A stretch of 64,000 nt of DNA. Source: Eledone cirrhosa. Taxonomy: Eukaryota. Positions 11,201 to 24,150 of this stretch are shown one piece after another. The notes under the pieces are model-generated. The model saw only the letters and a list, made by a program, of their open reading frames with translations. It searched no databases and was not told the DNA's origin. The stretch spans positions 265,980,001-266,044,000 of the forward strand of contig OZ024740.1 in NCBI GenBank assembly GCA_964016885.1. Reading direction: 5' to 3'. The translations under genes were made by a program, and so were the position numbers. Position 1 is the stretch's first letter. Every line of letters starts with the position of its first letter.

Positions 11201-14041
11201 TGATCCGAATAGTCAACCATGAATATTCGTGGACAGCTTAATATGTCCCTATCCTTATTTCTAACTAGGAACCTATCTAGGTGTTCCGCTACGATTAGTC
11301 CACGTCCACAGTGGCACAGTCGGAAAATCTAGTCGATATCTATCGGCCAGATCAAATCGGCCGATTAACCGTTTGAGGCTGTTACACCCCCCTCTATCGG
11401 GACATGCCCCTACATAGTCCCAACGTGCATCCAGGATACCATCCCAGTCCCCCACTAAAAGCAAGGAGCGAGACGTTCCCAGAAAAGTCTCTAGGCGCTG
11501 GAAGAAGTCCGGACGCCGTGTCTCAGATGGGGTATACGCTGCCACCAGCCTGAATGCTCCATTTTCACTACTGCCGACGTCTAGAACCACCAGTTGGCCC
11601 TCCGAGTCCAGGTGTACCTTCCGTGTTGCGAGGCCCAGGTGATTCGCAGCAGATCGACCACCCAGCCCCCACCCCCCGGCTGACAGAGAGATGCATATAT
11701 CTCAAAGTCGTCAAAGATGGCGGCCAGTTGGTGCTCGCTGCTGATCCTGGACTCGCAAATAGCTATCACATCCATTCTGTGTGACCTGAGGTCATTTAAG
11801 AGTTTGCCCTGCTTCCAGGACATCCCCAGGCCGCGCACATTTAAACATCCAACTCTTATAACAGCCATGTTGATGGTGAAGAGTTTAGAGAAAAAAGAAA
11901 AGACACCTACCTGTCCTTCTCCTGGGGACCAGGCTGCACAATTTCCATGGGGTGTCGGCGGGATTATTTGATAGGGTGGTGGTTTGGGATGTGGTGGGGA
12001 CATCAGTGTGTAGTGGGGTGGGGGTGTTTGGTGGGGTAGGGTGTGTGGGTGGTGGTGGGGAAATATTTCAAGAGTTGCTAGGTCTAGTACAGGGGTTCCC
12101 CACGTCCTCAGGAAAGTTCTGTTTGAGCATTGCGTAGGTGTTCCTTGGGACCCTAATCATTTTTAAATGCGGTTTAGTCGCCGCGTTGGTGAACATTTTT
12201 TCTTCGGTTTCCACCTAAGGGTCTTTGTCTATTGTTTTCACAAGTGTTTTGTTGTTTGTGTTGATGTATGTATACTGTTTTTGTTGTGTTGTGTTTGTTT
12301 TTGTTTGTTGTTCTTGTGTGTGTTTGCGTTTTGTAGTATGTATTATGTTTTCGGGAGGGGTGGGTTTTTTTGTTTGTGATGTTTGTTCTGTTTGTGCTTG
12401 TGGCTGTGTGTTTGTTGTTTTTTGTTGATGTGGTGCCTTCTTTTCTTTCTTTTTACCGCTTGAAAGGGTTCTCCCTCGTCGTCACTGGGTGACGTTGATA
12501 AGGGGTCCTCTTCCGTGTTGTTGGGGAGGGGGTATATTTTGGGTTTTGTTGTGGTTGCTTTTGTATTTGTTTTAGGTGGGGAGGGGTTGGGTGGGACAGT
12601 GTCTTGTGTTGTTATTTTTTCGTGTTGTTGTGGTTGTTGTTGTTGTGGTGGTGGTGGTGGTGGTGGTGGTGGTGGTGGTGGTGGTGGTGGTGGTGGTGGT
12701 GGTGGTGGTGGTGGTGGTGGTGGTTGTATTGTTGTGTGTGGAGTGAACAGAAGCGTCTTAGGGGGGGGGGGTCATTTTTAAAGGCGACAGGAAGCCCTGA
12801 GGTGACCACTTCTTGAATAGTGGTAGCATGAAGACCGCCTGCTCTCAACAGAAATGTTTATGAAGGTGACTTCATCCAGGGACAGACGCTGCGGTATTCT
12901 TGCTATCCGTTCTGGTCTCATTTGGACCAGAACTTCAATAGTGCCGCTGAATACGCCCCCGGTGGATTCGCCTATCGAAAGGATTGTGTCCTCATCTTCT
13001 AAGAATCCTGTTAGTACCCACCAAATGCTCACATTTGACCTGATGCTCGAGATTCTTATCTGTTGAGTTCTTTTCTCCCAATATGTGTGGAAAAGGTGTA
13101 TGCTTTGGATACAATTGGCGACACAGAATATTTCCGTGCCGCAAATCATCTTGCATTAAAACAGATATGCTTCCATACAGTTTCCCTTTCTGTATGAAAG
13201 CGATATCCTTCCAGGCACTACTTAGGACCAGCTCAATTTCGCTTTGGGACAATTGAGCCGGTTTCCTAGTCGCATTCGAAACTGTCCTAAAATTAACGGT
13301 CCTGAGGATTGTGTCCCTTCTAATTTTTTCGGGGGAGGTAATTGTGAATTCCCCACCTTCCCCGAAACTTACACAATTCCTTGCTCTTTCAGAAATTTCT
13401 TGGCATTCGAGATGTCCAGTGCCTTGTATGTCTACGTTTCTCGAACCGCCTGTGCGAAGGAGACTGCAGCTGTGGGTCCGTTTTCTTTCGTGTTGTTATC
13501 ATTGTTGTTGTTGTTATTCGTGTTGGCTTGCTTTTTTCCTTTGTTGGTGTTGTCATTATTGCTGTTGTTGGTTGTGTTGCTATTTTCATTGTTGCTGTTG
13601 TTGGTTGTGTTGCTATTGCCATTGTTGCTGTTGTTGGTTGTGTTGTTATTGTCATTGTTGTTCTTGTTTGTGTAATTGTTACTTTTGGGATTTTCACCCA
13701 TTTCCGCAATTTTTTCTTTTGGTTCCGTGGTGTCTTTTGCGGGAGTGAGGAGGGAAGGCTTACAGCGTTTTTCTGCTACCTTCTATCTATGACTTTCCTT
13801 GGAGAGCGTGACATGCGTCGTGTTAATGGCGTCCATTGTCACTAAACGACTTGTTATCGATAAGTTATAACTATCAAATTTCGCCCCAAAAAGGGGCGAA
13901 ATTTATTTTACCCAACGTCTGCAGGCCCAGGCGAGGGGTTAAAACACAACAAATAACAAGTAGCTTAAACAAACCTACCGCTTCTCGTAATAAATTCCGA
14001 CAAAATGCAGGAGCGAAACAAAAACATGTCTATCTTCTTCG

Positions 14042-14042
<1 letters not shown>
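8210..14042 (-). mobile_element. Tx1/L1-clade LINE, copy 3, full length, decayed
   Basis: ORF1 remnants ~12000-13836 homologous to copy 1. ORF2 from 11868 (MAVIRVGCLNVRGL) to 8448 has the same APE/RT motifs. The 5' end abuts (GATA)n. Confidence 0.92.
12645..12724. repeat. (GGT)n/(CAC)n expansion inside ORF1 of Tx1 copy 3
   Basis: Direct reading. Confidence 0.95.
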
Positions 14043-14078
<36 letters not shown>

Positions 14079-14079
14079 T

Positions 14080-14128
<49 letters not shown>

Positions 14129-15060
14129 GAGTGCGTGTAAATGAGACAGAATAGGGAAAAGAAAGAAAAAGAGAAAGATGGCAAGTTTAGTATGTATTAA
14201 ATTGTTGCCTGCCTAAATGTAAATACTCAAACACAAACAATATAAAAATGCTGAAAAACATTGGAGAATAAACAAATCTGGGTCTAATGCAAAATAACTG
14301 CTTAGCTTTGATGGCTAAAAGAAAGGTTCAATGTTTATCAATATCTTCGTATAAATATTTTGAAAACAACATTTGAAAACTTATGGGAATTTGTTGAACC
14401 TTTGGGTGATATGTACACGATATATAGACTGTTTTATGTTTTTATATATTATTTTATTGTATACGATATCTTTTGTGGTTCTTTGTTTCGGCATATATTT
14501 TGGTTTCCTTATGCGTTTATTTTGCTTTTTCGTTTTAAATTTAAACGCTTTGTTTAGTCATGTTTATGTTGAAGGAAAAATTACTTCCTACATACAAAAC
14601 GATACAAGTAATGAAACTAAAGAAAAAATAATAAGTATTATTATTTCTGAAGAAAAACAAAGATAGGAATCATCCCTATCAAAAATAAATAAATAAATAG
14701 ATAAATAAATAAAAATAATAATAATGACAATAATAGTAATAATAATAATAACAACAACAACAAAATATATCCCCCAAAACAACACTATACCAAAAATAAC
14801 AAAGAACACAGCAGTAAGAACAATAACCCCAACAAAAATTACGAGAAAATGAATGACGATGAGAAAAGTTTAAAATGCATGAAATATTATTAGAAAAGAA
14901 AATTGTAAACAATCATATATAAATGAATGTTTGTATGGTTATATATTTTGGAACATATGCACTGAATATATTTGTTACACATGCGCGCACACACACACAC
15001 ACACACAACACACACACACATATATATATATAAATATATAAATATATATATATAAAAACA

Positions 15061-15100
15061 GTAATAATAATAAAATTGAAGACTAAAATCCAAAGAGGGC

Positions 15101-15105
<5 letters not shown>
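15061..15105 (-). mobile_element. Isolated 3' terminus of the Penelope-like family at 43431-46670
   Basis: Reverse complement of 46625-46670 (tcgagccctctttggattttagtcttcaattttattattattac), lying in a TA tract. Confidence 0.75.
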
Positions 15106-15136
<31 letters not shown>

Positions 15137-15140
<4 letters not shown>

Positions 15141-15908
15141 CCTAGCTTATGCTAACAGAATAACTACGTAGCTTGTTCCCTTCCTCTCTACGGTTAGCTT
15201 TCCTCTTTGTTGTTTACTTGTCTCACTCGCTTTACGCGTTTTAATTGTCCTAATAACTTAATTTAGTTATTATTGCACCGACGTGAGGTATATGATTTTT
15301 AATGTAATGAAATATCTATGATCGTCGGCAAATCACTGATGAGGGACTCATTTTATAACATGTTATCCATGTGCAACCTGCAGTATTCTTCTCCCCATTT
15401 TTTCACATATATTTACCTAAACTGCGATTCTGTTTTTCTCTCTCTCTTACTGCTCCCTCGTTCTCTCTGTTTCTCCTACTTTCTTTCGCCCCCTCTGTCA
15501 TGTCAGTTAACTCTTCCTCACACTTCCACTCACTCACTCACTGTTTCTCCCCTTCTCACTTCACCCCGTTCGCGACGAATACATTTTCTTTCTTTCTCAC
15601 ATTTGGATTCATCTCGAAAGGTCTTTTTTCTAAGCGCTCATATATTCACCTAGCTTATGCTAACAGAATAACTATGTAGCTTGTTCCCTTCCTCTCTACG
15701 GTTAGCTTTCCTCTTTGTTGTTTACTTGTCTCACTCGCTTTACGCGTTTTAATTGTCCTAATAACTTAATTTAGTTATTATTGCACCGACGTGAGGTATA
15801 TGATTTTTAATGCAATGAAATATCTATGAACGTCGGCAAATCACTGATGAGGGACTCATTTTATAACATGTTATCCATGTGCAACCTGCAGTATTCTTCT
15901 CCCCATTT
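15137..15908. repeat. 508-bp unit with 264-bp terminal direct repeat, embedded in (TA)n
   Basis: 15137-15400 is repeated almost exactly at 15645-15908. Confidence 0.85.
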
Positions 15909-15909
15909 G

Positions 15910-15989
<80 letters not shown>

Positions 15990-16097
15990 AATGTAATCTG
16001 AGTTTTTTGAATATTAATAATAATATCCGATTCGTTTGCAATTATGCAAACAAGCCTCATTTTAAAAGCCATTTCAGTAGAATGGGCCCCTCGTTCT

Positions 16098-16329
16098 TGC
16101 TCTTGTGTTGGCATGTAAACAGAAATGAGTATTACCCTTGATCAGTACACTTCACTGTTCACCTGCCAACTGTCAGAACTAGTGAAAATAATCACTGTAT
16201 ATTTTAGAAAATATCATATATTTTCACTAGCTCTGACAGTTGGCAGATGAAAAGTGAACTGTACTGATGAAGGGTAATACCCAGAAACATTAGTGTCTGC
16301 AGTTCTCTTTACATGCCAACACAAGAGCA
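16098..16329. repeat. Fold-back (inverted repeat) element carrying a hammerhead
   Basis: 16098-16190 is an imperfect reverse complement of 16218-16329. Confidence 0.8.
16256..16305 (+). ncRNA. Type I hammerhead ribozyme motif
   Basis: gaactgta-CTGATGA-a gggt aat accc a-GAAA-ca ttag tg-TC-tgcagttc; 8-bp stem I; GUC site at 16295-16297. Confidence 0.85.
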
Positions 16330-16388
16330 GGCAGTCATCAGAAAGGAAACAGTCCCAATCCTGTAAAAGCCCTTTCTATATTAAATAT

Positions 16389-16420
<32 letters not shown>

Positions 16421-16430
16421 GCAAATTATT

Positions 16431-17045
16431 TTAGTCTTTACGATTCAAACACATGTATGTTTATATTAGTGTTCATCTCTCTTGTTTATTCAATTATATT
16501 TTACGGCTCGGAAAAGCTTTTTTCTTGGAGCTATTTAATTGTAAGAAACTCAATATATATTTGTCGGCTCCATCATGTACAGCTAATTTTTATTGTCCTG
16601 TCAGCCTGGCTGCTATTTTTAGCGGCAGGGAATTTCGAGACAAGCTGGGTTCCGAATGACAGGTGCGATAATTCATATCGTACACAATTCATTCTCTAAT
16701 ATTTTTAGAATTGAAAGGATCACTAATTTCTCAAAATCTACTGAGGAGCAAAGAAACGTGAAAACTTCACTTAATAAGTCGTTGCGAAACAGTCTCCAAC
16801 ACTGTCTAGTTGTTACAACGCATTTTTGCCCAATATAGGTCTGTTATTTTTCTTAAATTTTCTTAATTTAATATTTAAAGTTAAGGATAACAAACTATAT
16901 TGCTGTAGTTAGTATTTTTTCACCCTAGCATTAGTCCTTACGATTCGAACACATGTATGTTTATATTAGTGTTCATCTCTCTTGTTTATTCAATTATATT
17001 GTACGGCTCGGAAAAGCTTTTATCTTGGAGCTATTTAATTGTAAG
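16431..17045 (+). repeat. 500-bp unit with ~115-bp terminal direct repeat containing a hammerhead
   Basis: 16431-16545 is repeated at 16931-17045. Confidence 0.85.
16736..16811 (+). ncRNA. Type I hammerhead ribozyme motif
   Basis: atcta-CTGAGGA-gcaa...ttgc-GAAA-cagt ctccaac actg-TC-tagtt; GUC site at 16804-16806. Confidence 0.8.
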
Positions 17046-17078
17046 GGACTACCCTAAGTTCTTAACTCTCTGTCTCTG

Positions 17079-17812
<734 letters not shown>

Positions 17813-17962
17813 TAAATATATATATATTCTCAGCGCTTCAAAGGCCTAAAATTTGGCTTTGTACATTTTTGTTTACATACAGATGTCTGTCTATCTCTCT
17901 GCCTGCTGACGCCTGAGAGCTGTTGTCTATTTAGTTAAAAATAAAGGAATGGTTTTGTCAAA

Positions 17963-18036
17963 GGCTCCTTAGCTTAGTGGTTAAAGCATCTAGCTGGTAT
18001 CTGGAAGATATGGGGTTCAATTCCTCATAGGAGCCT
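17963..18036 (+). tRNA. tRNA-Thr(GGT)-like gene or tRNA-derived element
   Basis: Cloverleaf: acceptor GGCTCCT/AGGAGCC, D-arm GCTT/AAGC, anticodon stem TCTAG/CTGGA with loop CT-GGT-AT, T-arm TGGGG-TTCAATT-CCTCA. TTTT run at 18038-18041. One extra base next to the T stem. Confidence 0.6.
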
Positions 18037-18089
18037 ATTTTATTCACCCTATTTTATAAGCCATCTTTATAGCATTTCAGCGCTTGTTT

Positions 18090-19690
18090 TCTGTGCCTAA
18101 CACAAACTTTTGGAATACTCGATTGGATGATAGACGAAATCCGAGCAAAGAAAGAAACTTAAACAACACTGGAAACTTCCACATAAAGAGTGACATAGAC
18201 CGCCTTTTCTTGAAACGGAAGCAGGGAAGCAGAGCCCTAACATAATTCCAGATGCGTGTCGCATCATATCCCTACGACAACATCTACGAACCTATATGCG
18301 TAGGAGCCCAGCTATTGAACAAGTCTGTCTGCATGAAACAGATAAGATCAAGAGAGTTGGGAAGAAACTTCTTTAAAAATATTCCCTGCGTGATAATCAA
18401 AACGTCACAACTAGGAAAATTGCTCAGCAATAGCACAGTGAATCCATGGAGGAAACACTGCATGCTTATCAGCAAAACATCATGCATGGGTATGTTGCCA
18501 GGAAGTTTCAAATTGAGAGTAATATAGATAAGGAAAGTAGTTTATCTTGGACCAACAACCGCTATATTGGCTCTAATTTTGAATTATATACTTTTGCAAT
18601 CCAAGAACAGGAAATCAATACAAAATAAGTGATTCGCAAAAGAGACTGAGATGCAGGCGAAACACCTAGATTTGACAATAAATGCAAAGCCTGCAGAATT
18701 AACATCGAAGATGTCACCTATGTCATAAGCTGATGTCCACAGAAGTTTCACTGTATTATCTAACTATGAGACATGTCGTAGTGGCCAAAATACTAAACAG
18801 TGCAATTCGTAGAAAAGATAGCCTCGACATTATACAAATCAAAAATGTACAGCAATGAGGAAGACATACATATACATAATATGAAAGAGTACTGGTGGAA
18901 TGTTCCAGTAAAAACCCCAATAAAATGCAAGCATAACAGACGAGATATAATATAGGACAAGGAAAAGAAGGCATGCACAGTAGTGGAAGTCAGCTGCCCA
19001 GTAGATGCCAATATAATATTAGAGATTAGCGAAAAGGAGAATATCTATGCAGAACTAATGAGGAATCTGCAGACACTTCACCCTGACTATACCTCCAGAT
19101 TTATATCTGTGATTATTAGGGCACTGGGATATGTTAGTAACTGCCTCAATACAAATATTGGGAAACTGGGCTTCACAGAACCAGAAAGACCACCAATATT
19201 TAGGAGATTAAAAGTACAATCCATTAATGAACAATAAGAATATGTAACACATTAAAAAAATGCTGCACGTAATAGCTACATATCCACATGTATAGATACA
19301 AAACATATCCACATGTACACATATAACTCAAAAGATACAGATCCACACATATAATTGTTTCTACGTTAGGCGCAAGGCCAGCAATTACCAGTGCATTACT
19401 GGTACTTTATTTTATCGACCCCGTAAGGATGAAAGGCAAAGTCAACCTCGGCGGGATTTGAACTCAGAATGGCAAGGGCCGTAACTCTATACGTCAAAGC
19501 ATGGCGTCCGACCCTCTCCCAATACTGCCAGATTAACACATATTATGATACATGCACGCATGCAGACTTGCATACATATCTATCTAGTTGATGTTGACTA
19601 AATTCCAATGAGAGAATATTGTATCTATGTTAGAAACGGGCGGACTTTCTATTGGTAAAAAAATTATAAAATTATAAAACCAGAACATAC
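18090..19690 (+). mobile_element. R4/Dong-like (RLE) non-LTR retrotransposon 3' fragment, decayed, interrupted by a SINE
   Basis: Remnants of a CCHC finger (CKACRINIEDVTYVIS) and the RLE region (VEVSCPVDAN...YAELMRNL); the 3' UTR ends ...aaaaccagaa followed by (CATA)n. Confidence 0.8.
19354..19532 (-). mobile_element. tRNA-derived SINE (Meta-domain-like core)
   Basis: Reverse complement of 32381-32567; box B gagttcaaatcc and core gcctttcatccttacggggtcgataaaataaagtaccag. Confidence 0.85.
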
Positions 19691-19851
19691 ATACATATAC
19701 ATTGTGAATATACACATACGCACACGACCGCACACACATACACACGCCCACTCCCACACTCATACACACTAACATACACAAATATATACCCATACATAAT
19801 ATGTATGTATGGATATATGCTTGCATACGTGCATTTATGTATATATTGATT

Positions 19852-19907
<56 letters not shown>

Positions 19908-19914
19908 CGTGTGT

Positions 19915-19980
<66 letters not shown>

Positions 19981-22215
19981 AAATCTATTTGTTTACACCT
20001 TGAATTTACCCTCCAAAATTCATGATGACAATCAAATTTACTACTACAATAGACTGCCTCACTATCTCCTAGGGACTGGACTACGCTGGATATTATTGAA
20101 CGAACACCTGCCGATAACTTGAATATGTATTGTGTAACCCGTGGCGTATCTTCCTGGCGTTCCAGAATCCTATCGAAGATTTGGCTGTTTAAATTCTGAC
20201 AGAAGAGCTGGAGTTCATAGATGGGTTTCAGTTCAACAGACAATACCTGAGAATCTTTGAATAAAAAAGGAAAATAAAGTAAATATTCATATAGTGATGT
20301 GACTTTTAAATCTCATGTAATATATGTCCAAATAATTTATGCAGCTCATTTTTTTTATTTGGAAATCCCTTTCCAGATTAATGTAACAGGGATATAATTT
20401 AGGTTTACTTGAATGAGGATCCGTTCGAAATTCGCAATAAATATAGTTAATAAAAGTAGATTTCTTCACAGCGAATAAAAGGCGAATGTTTTGATACCTC
20501 AGGTCAGTTAAATGTGAACTACACCAGTAAAATAATTCGATTACTTTTAGCAACTGACGCCTCTGATACAAATAACCAATAAGAAGCATATAATTATGTT
20601 CTCAACACCTCCCGTATATCAAACCTTCAGGTTGTTCCCAAAGGTAAACAAATTATATTTTGTACAACACCGTGAAGATTTCATACACCATCAACAAGTA
20701 AGGGGTGTTAACCTGCCATCGCAACAACTACAACACCATATTACCGTCCACATCATCAAATTGCAGTCTGTAATATACCTTCTCTCCCCTCCTCTCTCTC
20801 TCTATCACTCTCTTCTTCTGATCCCCCAACGAAGAGAATCTCTACTACAGATAAAAGCAGTGTTTTTGCTTCTAGTGTTGCCTTCAAATACACACATCAC
20901 AGAAAACATATAAGATCCATCTTGCACTACTCTTGCATCATGCTTCTATCTCAGCAACACATAGTCACAGTTGTCCTGCGCAAATAATTATCCGTTAGTT
21001 CAAACCCAACAAGGAAACTTAACTTGACATCTACGTCTCGCCACAAGGATTTATCCCACCTATGAAAAAATATAACAGTTCTAATTCCATATAAAAACAA
21101 TATTTGTTTGTTTTTTTACCCTGACAACTATCAGCCCATCATGCAGTCTTCCTCCTTACAAAGGTTATTGATATATTGTACTTTTCTTCATCAAGAATCA
21201 ACGGTTCTTCACAACTGAAGACCTCTGAGAAAGCAATGTTATTGCTCCTTACATTGGATAAACCTTTGCAAAACGTATAGCTTCTATTGAAACAACTGTA
21301 TATTATAGCTCTTTTGGCTCAGCATACTCGGTATATTAATTGTAAAGACATCAATTGCTGAGGATTTTACAATCGGAAGCCTGACATCACACTGTGGCAA
21401 CCAGTTGCAGCTGTCTTTCCTCGGCACATGTAAGAACTAAAAGAAAACGACAGCAAATTTCAAATAAATTTTCAAACCGGAATGGTTTTTTTCTATAAAT
21501 GTCAATGGATACGAGAGCAAAGAATATATAGATAATGAATAGATTTGTGAAAAAGCAGATAAATATACAATCCTTACCGTATGAGTGTTCTGTCAATGAG
21601 GGTGCAATTGGAGCCAACATCAGCAGTAAGAAATATTGCTGATGAAAGAAGTATAAAAAATAAGAAACAAGAAAAATGAAATCCTTAAGAAATACTGAAA
21701 ATAATCTCTAAAACATGAACTGTTGTTATGTAATGAAAACGAAAAATCAAAAAAAAAATCAAACATTACTAGTATGCAGTGTCATAGAAGGAAAATGAAT
21801 TATGACGGCTTCTTTTTCTTTCGTTAGATCAGACATCTTTAAACATTATGGAACGAAAATTGGAATCTACAGTTCACACATACAGAGGTTTAGCTGGCCT
21901 CCTACAAGGTTATGTCTGGTTGGAGTTTTACTGGATATTTTAATGATAGGTTGTTAAATGATTATGTGAAAGTAAGTTTGATTCTCTTTAATATAATTAT
22001 CATCCACCCATCCATTCATACATACATAACAGATATAATTATATGGGACAGGGATGAGAAGGCGTGCACACTAGTGGAAGTTAGCTGCCAGAAGATGCTA
22101 ATATAATATCAAACATTAGCAAAAAGGAGAATATCTGTGCAGAACTAATGAGAACTCTGCAGATACTCCACCCTGACTATACCTTCAGATTTATACCTGT
22201 GATTATTGGGGCACT

Positions 22216-23940
22216 CAATCTTCGAGATCTCCCACGTCGTACATCTCGGGCTATTCGGGCCGATCGTAATGCACACTGGCGCGAGTTTGCGGAGCAGACG
22301 GAGAGGGCAGCAGCCTGTGGTGACTCGCGCAAGCTCTACCAACTGGTGAAGCGGGCTTGCCGAAGCAGTACGGGTATCAGCGAGACGATCCGTGATCAGA
22401 ACGGGGCGGTCATTACCAATCTTAATGACCGGCTAGACCGATGGCGGGACCATTTCTCCGAACTGCTCAACCACCCTCCAGCATCCACGCCAACCTACGT
22501 GCAGCCTTCCGGAGAAGAATACGGGTGCAGCACTGCCCCTCCAACGGTCGAGGAGGTACATGGTGTCCCGACACATCTCCGGAACAACAAGGCGCCGGAG
22601 GAGGATCGCGTTCCAGCTGAGGTCTACAAGGCCGAGCCTGATGTCTTCGCAGCTTGGCTCCATCGAGTCTTCTCCTCGGTGTGGGCGATGGAGCGGTTCC
22701 CTGGTGACTGGAGCGAGGCAACTCTCCTACCCTACTTCAAAAAGGGCGACAGGAAACTGTATTCCAACTACAGGGGTATCAGTTTAATTGACGTTGCTGC
22801 CAAGACCTTCGCAATTCTTCTGCTGAAGAGGTTCCAGGCCATCCGTGATGTCCTTACCCATCCTTCTCAGGGCCGCTTCCGTCCGGGGAAGGGGTGCGTT
22901 GATCAAATCTTCATTCTCCGGCGTGTCCTGGAACAACGGTGGGCACATCAGCAACCTACCGTCCTCTGCTTCGTCGACTTTGCAGCTGCCTTCGACTCGG
23001 TATATCGGGAAGCCCTATGGCGTATGATGTAGGCGGACGGCATCCCAGTGAAGCTGCTTCGTCTCATACAAGGCTACTACCGGTCGACTCGGGCTCGAGT
23101 GAGTGTCTATGGTGGGGAGACGGAGTCGTTCGTTGTTGGGACCGGTGTTCGGCAGTGGTGTGTGCTATCACCAACTCTCTTTAACTACGCCATTGACTAC
23201 ACTCTCAACACAGCGCTCCGGGATTACCCGGGAGTAGAGGTCGGGAGATGGGTCGCGGTGACGGACCTGGCCTACGTGAATGACATCGTGCTGATGGGCG
23301 CTAAGGGGACAGATGTACAAGGTGCTCTCGAAAGGGTGCACACTGCAGCCGCCGCTGTTGGTCTACGAATCAATGCCGCCAAGTCGAAAGTCATGACGTC
23401 ACTGGTCTCGCCTGATGCCTGGCAGCCAATATCTCTCGAGGGCGTGGACCTGGAGGATGTGGAGTCCTTCAATTACCTGGGCTCAACAGTGGTTCCAACG
23501 GGACAGGGCGCAACCGAGGTCAAGCGTCGCATAGGTGCTGCTAGATCCGCTTGTGGGCGCCTCCAGTGGTGTCTGTGAGACAGAAGAGGTATTGATTACC
23601 TCAGCGACCAAAACGGGTGAATCTACAAGGCCGTCGTTCGCACTATCCTCTTCTATGGCTGTGAAACATGGCCTATGAGGGGAGTCGATCAACGAGGGCT
23701 GGAGGTATTCGACAATGACTGTCTCCGCCGCATTCTTCGCTGTCGACGCGTAGATCGGGTACCTACCGCCAGTCTTCTTCTTCGCCTGAATCTTCGACCC
23801 TTCCTTCAGTGCTTCTGCAACGGTGCTTGAGATGATTTGGTCACGCAGCCCGGCGCCCTGAGGGTGAGCTGCTCCGCGATGTTCTCCTCCCACCTACACT
23901 CACTAACTGGCGCACGCGCGTTGGGGGGCAGCTGAAGACC
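22216..23940 (+). pseudogene. RTE reverse transcriptase, interrupted by stops and frameshifts
   Basis: ORFs 22148-23032 and 23048-23578 are in the same frame across a TAG; the C-terminal region (YGCETWP, WFGH-like) continues with disruptions. Confidence 0.85.
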
Positions 23941-24150
23941 TGAGCAACGACGAGCAAGGAGCACCTCTCCGAACTCTCAGATCCGCAGGTGGTCGGCCTG
24001 CGCCGATGGAACCATGACTGGCTCGCTATCTCCAGTGATATAGCCCGCGGGACCGTCGTGCGTGGGCTGCCATGCTTCGTGATGCCGTCAGGACTAGGGA
24101 AGAAGCCGGCCCAACCCGTTCAGGGTGAATGTCAACACAAGTACAAGTAA
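22216..24150 (+). mobile_element. RTE-clade LINE, 5'-truncated, GC-rich, with target-site duplication
   Basis: RT motifs NYRGISLI, FRPGKGCVDQIF, FVDFAAAFDSV, GVRQWCVLSP, LAYVND. Tail caagtacaagtaag. TSD gtgattattggggcact (22199-22215) / gtgagttattagggcact (24151-24168). Confidence 0.92.

Noticed and set aside
361-13845. Plus-strand Val/Cys/Leu-rich ORFs overlapping the Tx1 elements
   Set aside because: They are antisense shadows of A/C-rich ORF1 and of ORF2.
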